NCBI GenBank assembly: GCA_964534375.1
Contig: CAZHPN010000018.1
Location: forward strand, 1-50,968
Direction: 5' to 3'
From: an uncultured bacterium
GTDB taxonomy: Bacteria; Lernaellota; Lernaellaia; Lernaellales; Lernaellaceae
Length of the DNA stretch: 50,968 nucleotides
The position numbers were made by a program, and so were the translations under genes. Under the pieces are notes generated by a model. The model did no database searches, was not told where the DNA came from, and saw only the letters and a list, made by a program, of their open reading frames with translations. Shown here piece by piece: positions 17,976-25,776 of this stretch; position 1 is the first letter of the stretch; each line of letters opens with the position of its first letter.

Positions 17976-19244
17976 TCACACCCCCCGAAAAATCACGCAA
18001 CAATTTGTGCCGCCGAAACCGAACGCGTTGGACAACGCGAATTCGGCCTTTTGGCGGCGCAGCGCATTGGGCACGACATCGATCTCCCCGAGCGCCGGGT
18101 CCGGAATGTGGTTGATCGTCGGCAACAGAACGCCCTGCTGCATGCACTCGACGGTCAAGGCGGCCTCAATTGCGGCGGAGGCGCCGAGCGTATGTCCCAA
18201 TTGCGACTTGTTCGAGGTGATCGGAATTCGCGGCAAGTCCGCGCCGAAGACCTCGCGCAAGCATTTCACCTCAACCGCGTCGCCCTTGGCCGTCGACGTG
18301 CCGTGCGCGTTAATATACTGAATATCGGCCGGCGCGAGACCGGCGTCGTCCAAGGCCAGGCGGATCGCGCGCACAATCGTCGCCGGGTTCGGGTTCGTGA
18401 AGTGAAACGCGTCGGAAGTCCAGCCGACGCCCAGCATCTCGGCGCGAGCGCGCAAGCCGTGGGCCGCGATCACCTCATCGGCCGCCAGCACGACCACGCC
18501 CGCTCCTTCCGACAACACGAAACCCCGGCGATCGGCGCTGAACGGCCGCGACGCCTGCGCCGGATCGTGCGCGGCGCGATCGCCCTCGCGCAGCTTGATC
18601 GTCGCATTCATGTTGGCGAAGCCATGGATAATCTCGGGCAGGATCGGCATGTCGGCGCCGCCGGCCAGCACCACGTCGCAGTCGCCGTCGCGGATCATCC
18701 GCGCCCCCAGGCCGATCGCGTAATTGCCGGACGCGCAGGCGCCCTGCGGCGAGAAAATCGGCCCCGTAAAACCCAACAATGCGCCCGCGTTTCCTGACGG
18801 CACGTTCGCGCACAAATTCGGCAGCAAAAACGGGCTGACGTGATTCGGCCCCTTGTTGGCCAGATTTGCGATAGCAACACGATGAGCGTCCAGCCCGTTC
18901 AGCGACGAGCCGATCAGGCAGGCGGTCCGTTCTGCGATGCCGCTGTCCATCGCAATTCCGGCGTGGGCCAGCGCGTCTTTGCACACCGCCATCGTCAATA
19001 TCCCATACGCGGCGTTCCAGTTGTGCACCATTTTCGGATCCGCGAAATCGAGCGCCAGCGGGTCCCAATCCGGGATTTCGCCGACGGCCCGGCACGGCGA
19101 ATCGACCTCGCAGCGCGTTACGAGGCGAAAGCCGGCCTCGCCGCGCGTCGCGCGCTCCCAGGTCTTGGCAAAGGTTGCGCCCAGCGGCGTCGCCGCCGCA
19201 TAACCGGCGACAAACACGTGGCGATTTCGCGGCGTCTTCACCAA
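17976..19244 (-). CDS. Beta-ketoacyl-ACP synthase (FabF-like)
   Basis: GACASG, HGTST, GHTLG, SNAFGFGG. Confidence 0.93.
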   Translation of the reverse strand: MVKTPRNRHVFVAGYAAATPLGATFAKTWERATRGEAGFRLVTRCEVDSPCRAVGEIPDWDPLALDFADPKMVHNWNAAYGILTMAVCKDALAHAGIAMDSGIAERTACLIGSSLNGLDAHRVAIANLANKGPNHVSPFLLPNLCANVPSGNAGALLGFTGPIFSPQGACASGNYAIGLGARMIRDGDCDVVLAGGADMPILPEIIHGFANMNATIKLREGDRAAHDPAQASRPFSADRRGFVLSEGAGVVVLAADEVIAAHGLRARAEMLGVGWTSDAFHFTNPNPATIVRAIRLALDDAGLAPADIQYINAHGTSTAKGDAVEVKCLREVFGADLPRIPITSNKSQLGHTLGASAAIEAALTVECMQQGVLLPTINHIPDPALGEIDVVPNALRRQKAEFALSNAFGFGGTNCCVIFRGV

Positions 19245-19250
19245 TCCGCC

Positions 19251-20501
19251 TTAATCGATTCGGCGAAACACCAAACAGGCGTTGCAGCCGCCGAAGCCGA
19301 AGGAGTTTTTCAGGACGTGCTCCTGCGAAAGCGTACGCGCCCCTTCCGCAACGCAGTCTAACGGAATTTTCGGGTCCGGTGCGTAATTGATGGTCGGCAA
19401 CAACACATTGGTTTGCATGCCTTCCTGCGCGAAGATCGATTCGATGGCGCTCGACGCGCCCATCGCGTGGCCGATCTGCGACTTGTTGGCGCTGACCGGC
19501 GGAATCCGCTCGCCGAACACTTGCCGCAGGGCCTCGAACTCCACCTGATCGCCGACCTTCGTCGATGCCGCGTGGGCGTTGACGGCGTCGATATCGCTCG
19601 GCTGCAAACCCGCGTGGGCGACGGCTTCCGCGATGCAACGCGCGACCGTGGCCAGATTCGGCGCGACGAAGTGGTGGGCGTCCGCCGTCGAACTCCAGCC
19701 GGCCAATTCCACGGCGGGGCGAAATCCATGGGCCTGCGCGAATTCCTTCGTCGCAAGGATCAGGCAGCCCGCGCCTTCGGAAACGATGAATCCGTGCCGG
19801 TCGAGCGAAAAAGGCCGGCTCGCGCGGGGCGGCGGCGTATCTGCGTGTTCCTCAACGGTTTTGAAAGCGCCGTTCATCGTGGCAAAACCCGCGACGATCG
19901 ATTCCACCAGCGGAAAGTCCACGGCGCCGCATATCACAATATCGGCCATGCCGGCGTCGAGAAAAAGCGCGCCGACGATCAGCGACGTGCAACCGGTAGC
20001 GCAGGCGGTGATTGTCGAGACGATCGGGCCGGTCGCGCCGGTCAAGATCGAAATTTTGCCGGCCGCCATATTGATGCACGAATTCGGATTCATGAACGGG
20101 TGCGGCAGCTTGCCGCGTTTGACCCATTCGCGATCGGCGTCGAGCAGAACGTCGAGGCCGCCGATCGCGGTGCTAAAGGTGATTGCGACTCGCGGCGCAA
20201 GTTCGGGCGTGATCTCGAGCCCGATCTTCTGCAGCGCCCGGTGAACGACGAGCAGCGCATGCTTGAACACCGGCGAAGTCCAATGCGCCATGGCCCGCGG
20301 CGCCAAGAACGTGTACGCGCTCTCGTCGAAGGCGGCGACTTCGCCGGCGATGCCGACCGGAAAATTCGGGGTGACGGGAAACCGCGTGAGCCGGCCGATG
20401 CCGCTCTCGCCCGCTTTGGCGCGCCGCCATTGCGCATCCAGATCCACGCCCAGCGGTGAAACGGCGTCGTAACCGAGAATCACCGGCCGTCGCGCGCTCA
20501 T
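19251..20501 (-). CDS. Beta-ketoacyl-ACP synthase (FabF-like, paralog)
   Basis: TACATG, HAAST, GHAMG, KNSFGFGG. Confidence 0.93.
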   Translation of the reverse strand: MSARRPVILGYDAVSPLGVDLDAQWRRAKAGESGIGRLTRFPVTPNFPVGIAGEVAAFDESAYTFLAPRAMAHWTSPVFKHALLVVHRALQKIGLEITPELAPRVAITFSTAIGGLDVLLDADREWVKRGKLPHPFMNPNSCINMAAGKISILTGATGPIVSTITACATGCTSLIVGALFLDAGMADIVICGAVDFPLVESIVAGFATMNGAFKTVEEHADTPPPRASRPFSLDRHGFIVSEGAGCLILATKEFAQAHGFRPAVELAGWSSTADAHHFVAPNLATVARCIAEAVAHAGLQPSDIDAVNAHAASTKVGDQVEFEALRQVFGERIPPVSANKSQIGHAMGASSAIESIFAQEGMQTNVLLPTINYAPDPKIPLDCVAEGARTLSQEHVLKNSFGFGGCNACLVFRRID

Positions 20502-20511
20502 CGAATTCGCC

Positions 20512-21540
20512 CTACCAAGGTATGAACCGATACAGTTTGGCGAACATTTCGTTGACCTCGATCCAATTCTGAAGGTCCTTGGTCGTACGAATGTGGTCGC
20601 GTTTGTTGACCATCACCCAACTCATGTGCGCCGCGCCGTCCTTGCAGGTGCGGCAGTCGCGCGTGGCGGATGTGCAACAGCGGTGCATGGTCTTCAGGTC
20701 GGCGCCCCAGCGAATGAATTTGATCAAGTGCCGCGGACGCGGATGACGCCGGTCCAGCGGTTCGGTGACCGAGGGACACTCCAGCCAGCCCCACGGGCGG
20801 CCGAGCATTTCGCCCGTCGTGAGCACTTCGTGATAATAACGGCAGGAAATGACGGTTTGCGGATATTTGTCCAGCATCTCGTCCATTTCCTGCCGCAGGC
20901 GAACCAGCATCTCTGCCGTCCAGACGAAACCGCCGGCGTTCTCGTCGTTGGAGAACAACTGGAAATGAACCTTGAGGCCCACGTCGGCGATTTTCTTGAC
21001 GGTACGTTCGAGCCGCCCCACCTGCGTGGGCGTGATCGTGTACAAATAATAGGTATAAGCGTCGCCCGCGTAGTTCCGGCTGGATATTGCGAATGTGTCG
21101 CGGCCGCGCAGAGTTTTCTCGTCCGCGGCGTCGCCCCAGAGCGAGATGCCGACCATCATGTCCGGGAAGCGGTCGCGCGGCGCCTTGATTTGCCCGTTGG
21201 TGGCGCAGTAGGTCGGCAGCCGATCGTAGAACGCCTGGACCCGATCGAGGTGCAACGTCGGTTCGCCGCCGATCAGGATCGCGAGGTTGACGCCGCGCGC
21301 CTTTTCGCGGTCGATGAACTCTTCCCATTTTGCGAGGTCTTTTTCCTCGTCGAGGCGATGCTCGTCCGAGGAAAAATAGAAACAGCCCTGGCAACGCAGG
21401 TTGCACTGGTTCGTGAGGTCATAGATCGAACTGCGGATATTGAGCTTGGAAATCCGTTTATACCGTTCGCGCCACGCGTCATTCAACAGCGAACTGACGG
21501 TGATCAGCCCAACCGGTTCGCTGTCGTCAATCTGCGGCAA
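20512..21540 (-). CDS. Radical SAM protein with C-terminal Cys cluster
   Basis: CNLRCQGC, GGEPTL, C-terminal C...CC....DCRTC. Start tentatively TTG 21540 (the track start overlaps the upstream gene). Confidence 0.85.
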   Translation of the reverse strand: MPQIDDSEPVGLITVSSLLNDAWRERYKRISKLNIRSSIYDLTNQCNLRCQGCFYFSSDEHRLDEEKDLAKWEEFIDREKARGVNLAILIGGEPTLHLDRVQAFYDRLPTYCATNGQIKAPRDRFPDMMVGISLWGDAADEKTLRGRDTFAISSRNYAGDAYTYYLYTITPTQVGRLERTVKKIADVGLKVHFQLFSNDENAGGFVWTAEMLVRLRQEMDEMLDKYPQTVISCRYYHEVLTTGEMLGRPWGWLECPSVTEPLDRRHPRPRHLIKFIRWGADLKTMHRCCTSATRDCRTCKDGAAHMSWVMVNKRDHIRTTKDLQNWIEVNEMFAKLYRFIPW

Positions 21541-22114
21541 GCAGCGCCTTCTTGAATTCCGGATCGTTGAGCATGGTGATCGCCATTTTGTCGACCGTCT
21601 CGTACGCCCGCTTGCGCAAAACGTCCGGATTCTCTTCGGTCGTCGGCGCAACGTCGACCGTATACATGTTGTCCAAGGTCTGCCGGCCCTGTTTGACCAG
21701 CTTGACGACAAACACGATGCGTTCATCGGTCACCGATTTGAGCACAATGTGCATCGCGGTCGCGTCGGTCGGCGGCGTCGCGCCGTACACGCGCAATCCT
21801 GCGGATCGCAACGCCTTGGTCATCGCATTGAAGAAATATACGGCGACGGTCGGGACGCCCTCGTAACGGATCGATTGATCCGGGTTCCAGTAATAGAAAA
21901 TCGAGGTGTCGTTCGCCTCGTTTTCGACGCCGGTGTCATAGTCGAACGAAATGGCGCGGTCCTTGTAATCCAGGAGCTGGTCGACCCGCTGGGGTTGGTA
22001 CGCGTCCGGATCCAGCTCGACCGTGAAACGACTGCAACCCGTCGCGGCCAGAGCGATGACGGCGGCGGCGAAAAACGCCCAGAGGATCCTTCGTCTTTGG
22101 TATGTTTTCATCAT
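21527..22114 (-). CDS. Hypothetical lipoprotein
   Basis: Basic N-terminus, hydrophobic stretch, lipobox-like AATGC; overlaps both neighbours. Confidence 0.75.
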   Translation of the reverse strand: MMKTYQRRRILWAFFAAAVIALAATGCSRFTVELDPDAYQPQRVDQLLDYKDRAISFDYDTGVENEANDTSIFYYWNPDQSIRYEGVPTVAVYFFNAMTKALRSAGLRVYGATPPTDATAMHIVLKSVTDERIVFVVKLVKQGRQTLDNMYTVDVAPTTEENPDVLRKRAYETVDKMAITMLNDPEFKKALLAAD

Positions 22115-23220
22115 TCCCTCCCATTGCCGCCGGCCTTGCGGCCCGGCGGGAAAACGATTTGCGGCTGTAAATTGTCCCCTTTTTCATAGCCGATGACCCA
22201 CGTCGCCAGATAGATGTCGACGTAGTCCAACCAGGCCTTGAACGCGTCCGGATCTTTGGCGTGCCGCACCAGCCGGCTGGTGACGATCGCGCTGCCGGCG
22301 GCGTAATGCCGGCACTCCCGGCAATCGGTGTCGGGCACGCAACACGCGGAGTCGCGGTCCCACGTCAGATCGGTGCGATATTGGCGAAACGAGCGCCCGA
22401 GGCCGATGTCCGTCGAAGGATTGACGCGCGGATAGGGACACGCGAACAGCTCGTGCAAGCCTTGCGGACTGGTGTGCGCGACCGCGTTGTACTTCGAATA
22501 GAGGACGTGCTGGGGAAACTCCTGCAGCAATTCCAACATGGCGCTGCGCACCTCCCGCAACGATTCGGGCGTGTGCCGCAATGGCCCCTCGTACCCAACG
22601 GTCGGCGAGAAAACGTTGAAGCTGACGCGGCCGCCGCGCGCCGCGATGGCCTCGACGGTCTCCCGGGCCTCCTGGCAATTGCCGTGCGTGAACGTGTAAA
22701 TGAAAACCGCGCGCGGGTCGTTTTCGTAATTTGCCAATTGCCGCGACAGCAGGTTGCGGGCGCCGCGCAATTTCTCGCTGGTTCGGTCATTTCCCCACAC
22801 GGAAATATGAATCTTGTAGCCGATGTCGCCCGGAATGAACGTCGCGCCATTGGTCGCGATGCAACCGAGCGGCATTTCGGCGAAGCAGGCGCGCAGCAAA
22901 TCCGGCGCGAGCGCGGGTTCGGCGCCGGCGAGAACGGCGTAGGTGATGCCGCGGGCCCGCTCGCCGCGCATGAGCGCCCGCCACGCGTCGGGGTCGCGGT
23001 TTTCGGCGGCGAATTGCTTGTCGCCCTCGTAATAGTAGCAGCCGTCGCAGCGCAGGTTGCAGCGATTGCTCATGTCGTAAGTGGATTCGCGAAGGTAAAA
23101 ATACCGGCGGACTTTCTCCCACCGCGCGCGGACCGCGGGGTCGGCGAGCAGGTCAGAGAACTTCCACGTCTCGGGCTTCAAGGACGAGGAGGCCGACACA
23201 TTGATTTTTGCTACGACCAA
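22111..23220 (-). CDS. Radical SAM protein, paralog of 20512-21540
   Basis: CNLRCDGC, GAEPAL, C-terminal C...CC....DCREC; start uncertain. Confidence 0.87.
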   Translation of the reverse strand: MVVAKINVSASSSLKPETWKFSDLLADPAVRARWEKVRRYFYLRESTYDMSNRCNLRCDGCYYYEGDKQFAAENRDPDAWRALMRGERARGITYAVLAGAEPALAPDLLRACFAEMPLGCIATNGATFIPGDIGYKIHISVWGNDRTSEKLRGARNLLSRQLANYENDPRAVFIYTFTHGNCQEARETVEAIAARGGRVSFNVFSPTVGYEGPLRHTPESLREVRSAMLELLQEFPQHVLYSKYNAVAHTSPQGLHELFACPYPRVNPSTDIGLGRSFRQYRTDLTWDRDSACCVPDTDCRECRHYAAGSAIVTSRLVRHAKDPDAFKAWLDYVDIYLATWVIGYEKGDNLQPQIVFPPGRKAGGNGRE

Positions 23221-23249
23221 GGGCGTTCACCCTGCAACGCGCCGGTTGC

Positions 23250-23519
23250 TCAACTCGTTCCGGCGCCTTTCTCTTTTCGCGCGCGGATATACTCGGCGAT
23301 CAAGCGAATATTGGAAAGCCCGGGGTAGTCGTCCTCGTTGATCGAAATGCCAAATTCATCCTGCAAGATCAAGACGATCGTCGCCATGTCCATGCTGTCG
23401 ATGCCCAGTTCGTCAATCAGGTCGAGCTCGCGGTCGAAAGTGTCCGGCGTCACACCCTCCAGTTTCAACTCGGAGATGATGACCTCGGCCACTTTGGTTT
23501 GAATCGCTTCCAGATTCAT
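23250..23519 (-). CDS. Acyl carrier protein
   Basis: ELGIDSMDM; ATG 23519 preceded by GAGGAG. Confidence 0.9.
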   Translation of the reverse strand: MNLEAIQTKVAEVIISELKLEGVTPDTFDRELDLIDELGIDSMDMATIVLILQDEFGISINEDDYPGLSNIRLIAEYIRARKEKGAGTS

Positions 23520-23607
23520 GCGGTCGTCTTTTCTCCTCGCGCGCCTCACCCGGAAGTCGCGATGCGTTCCCTGTCGGAGGCCGGCGGCGGATGCCGTTTA
23601 GTTTCGC

Positions 23608-23637
23608 TATATAAATCAATCGCTTTTCCAGTGTCAA
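23608..23637 (-). promoter_or_regulatory. Putative promoter for the ACP-rSAM-KS-PlsY operon
   Basis: TTGACA-17/18 bp-TTATAT/TATATA in an AT-rich intergenic gap. Confidence 0.5.
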
Positions 23638-23651
23638 CCGGTCTGGCGGCC

Positions 23652-24074
23652 TCAATCCGGCCGGAAAACCTGCAATTCCATTTCGGCGAGCAGCACGCCG
23701 TTTGCTTCCACGCGACCGCGAACGACGCCGTAGAGTCCCACGTCGGTCACGCGCGTGACCCGCGTCAACAGCGGAGTCTGCACGGGGATGCTCTGCGTAT
23801 GGAACGCGGCGTTCTTGATCCCGACTAGGTAGCCGATGCCGGGAGGTTTGCCCAGCTTTTGGTCCCTCGCGCCCACCAACGCGGCCACGGACTGCGCGGT
23901 CAACTCGATCAGCGAGGCGAAATCCGCGGCGCCATCCACCACGCCGGGCCAATCGTCGGCGATCCGAGTCGAGGTGACGATATGTTCGCCGTCAATTTCC
24001 AGCACTTCGTCGACCATCTTCATCTTGGGACGATGCGCGACAAGACTCTCGGCGGCGATCGGCGAACCTGACAT
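23652..24074 (-). CDS. Hotdog-fold 3-hydroxyacyl-ACP dehydratase (ApeP-like)
   Basis: LVAHRPKMKMVD, LIELTAQSVAA, GYLVG. Confidence 0.8.
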   Translation of the reverse strand: MSGSPIAAESLVAHRPKMKMVDEVLEIDGEHIVTSTRIADDWPGVVDGAADFASLIELTAQSVAALVGARDQKLGKPPGIGYLVGIKNAAFHTQSIPVQTPLLTRVTRVTDVGLYGVVRGRVEANGVLLAEMELQVFRPD

Positions 24075-24144
24075 CCGGGCGCCTTATGGTTCTGGGCCGC
24101 CACAAATGGCGCCCCGGCGAATTGTCACGCCAGGCGGCCGAAAG

Positions 24145-25644
24145 TCAAACGCGGCCGAGGGCCGGTTCAGGGCGGCCAGCCACGACCTCGACAAGCATGC
24201 CGCCGCCCGGGCCGCCGAAAACCGCGGCGGTCATTTCCAGCGGCGCCAATCCCGCCGCGCGCAACGCCGCCTCGATTTCGGACCGGCTCCTGGCGCGCAG
24301 CCAGATGCCCTGGCGCAGGGCGTTGCCGATCTGCGTGAAAAAGCGAAAAAACGATCGGTGCGCCGTGGTGAAATACAACCGACCGCCCGGCGCGAGGCAA
24401 ATTGCCAGCCGGCCCAGCAGCACGGGCAAATTGCCGACGTACTCAAAACAGGAAAACGCGCAAATCAAATCGAACGGGCCGGCGAAGGCCGCCTCGCAGA
24501 AATCGCCGACCTGGCACAAGACATTTGTCAACCCGGCCGCCCGCGCTTTGTGTTGCAGAATCGCCAACATCTCGGGTGAAACGTCGACCGCCGTCACCCG
24601 CCGGGCCAATTTCGCCAATTGCAGGCTGAAACGGCCCGTGCCGGCGCCGAGTTCCATTACGGCATCGTGCGGGCCAATGAGTTTCGAAAGCCGGGCGTCA
24701 ATGAGGCGTTCCTCGGCGCGGCGGACGCGCGACATCGCCGGCCGCGCCTGTTCTTCATCGTAGGTCGCGGCCACGGAATCGTAGAACACGCCGACCGGGC
24801 CGGCGTTCTCCGCGTGTCCCGGCCGCATGATCGGACGCCGCAACAACCGCGATAGCGGATCGACCGTCAACTCCCGTCTCGCCAATCCGACCAAGAGCGC
24901 CTCGATTTCTTGAAGCCAATCGCTTACCGGCCGTGTGGGCGGCGGCTTGTCGTGCAGCAGGACGATGTCGCCGGGCGCCACTCGCTTGAGAATCCGCCGC
25001 GCCAACGAGTCAAGCCGGCGGTTCCCGACATCGGGTCCGCGGCAATTGAACGTGACGCAGACCAGACCAAGCCGCAGCAGAATCGCCCGCATTGGCGGAT
25101 TGACGATCCCGACCGGCGGCCGAAAAGCCAGTGGTTGAACGCCGAGCGCTGCGAGCGCTGCCTGGCAGTCCGCGATTTCCCGCATCAGTCGTTTGCGAGA
25201 TCGAAGTGCAAGAAAAATATCGTGCGAAAACGAATGATTGCCGATCTCGTGCCCGTCGGCCAGAATCGCTTGAATCAATTCCGGGTGGGCCTGCGCCTGA
25301 CGCCCAGTGACAAAGAAGGCGGCGCGAATGCCGTTTTTTTTCAACAGCGCCAGCAGCGGCGGGGTCGTCGCCGGATGCGGCCCGTCGTCGAAGGTCAATG
25401 CGACCGCCCGCGCGCCGGCCGGCCCCTGCATCACAACCGGCAGAAAAAGGCCCAGACGCGGGAAAAACGGCCCGCTCGCCATCACGACGGCGAACGCCAC
25501 AAACGGCGCCCAACTCAATCGCCAGTCGACGAACAGCAGGATGAGAGCGAGCTGCGCCGCGCCGACGGCGACTAAGTGCCAGATCGCCAAGGGGCAGATG
25601 TCGTCCCGGCGAAACGTTTCAGACTTGTCGTTCGACGAGATCAA
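24145..25644 (-). CDS. Fusion: membrane-anchored NodB polysaccharide deacetylase + class I SAM methyltransferase
   Basis: ALTFDDGP, HEIGNHSFSH, FRPPVG, IVLLHD; then MELGAGTG, AVDVSPEML. Start tentatively TTG 25644 after GGAG. Confidence 0.85.
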   Translation of the reverse strand: MISSNDKSETFRRDDICPLAIWHLVAVGAAQLALILLFVDWRLSWAPFVAFAVVMASGPFFPRLGLFLPVVMQGPAGARAVALTFDDGPHPATTPPLLALLKKNGIRAAFFVTGRQAQAHPELIQAILADGHEIGNHSFSHDIFLALRSRKRLMREIADCQAALAALGVQPLAFRPPVGIVNPPMRAILLRLGLVCVTFNCRGPDVGNRRLDSLARRILKRVAPGDIVLLHDKPPPTRPVSDWLQEIEALLVGLARRELTVDPLSRLLRRPIMRPGHAENAGPVGVFYDSVAATYDEEQARPAMSRVRRAEERLIDARLSKLIGPHDAVMELGAGTGRFSLQLAKLARRVTAVDVSPEMLAILQHKARAAGLTNVLCQVGDFCEAAFAGPFDLICAFSCFEYVGNLPVLLGRLAICLAPGGRLYFTTAHRSFFRFFTQIGNALRQGIWLRARSRSEIEAALRAAGLAPLEMTAAVFGGPGGGMLVEVVAGRPEPALGRV

Positions 25645-25776
25645 ACGACTCCGCCCCCGTGCGGATGGACAATGCGGCAAGGCCGCGGCGAAAAATGTCC
25701 CTGGTTTTGGCGCAACGCCATACGATTGTATTGTCTTTCGTTCGTCGAAAACCCGCTTAAGCTGCGGAAGCCGAAT

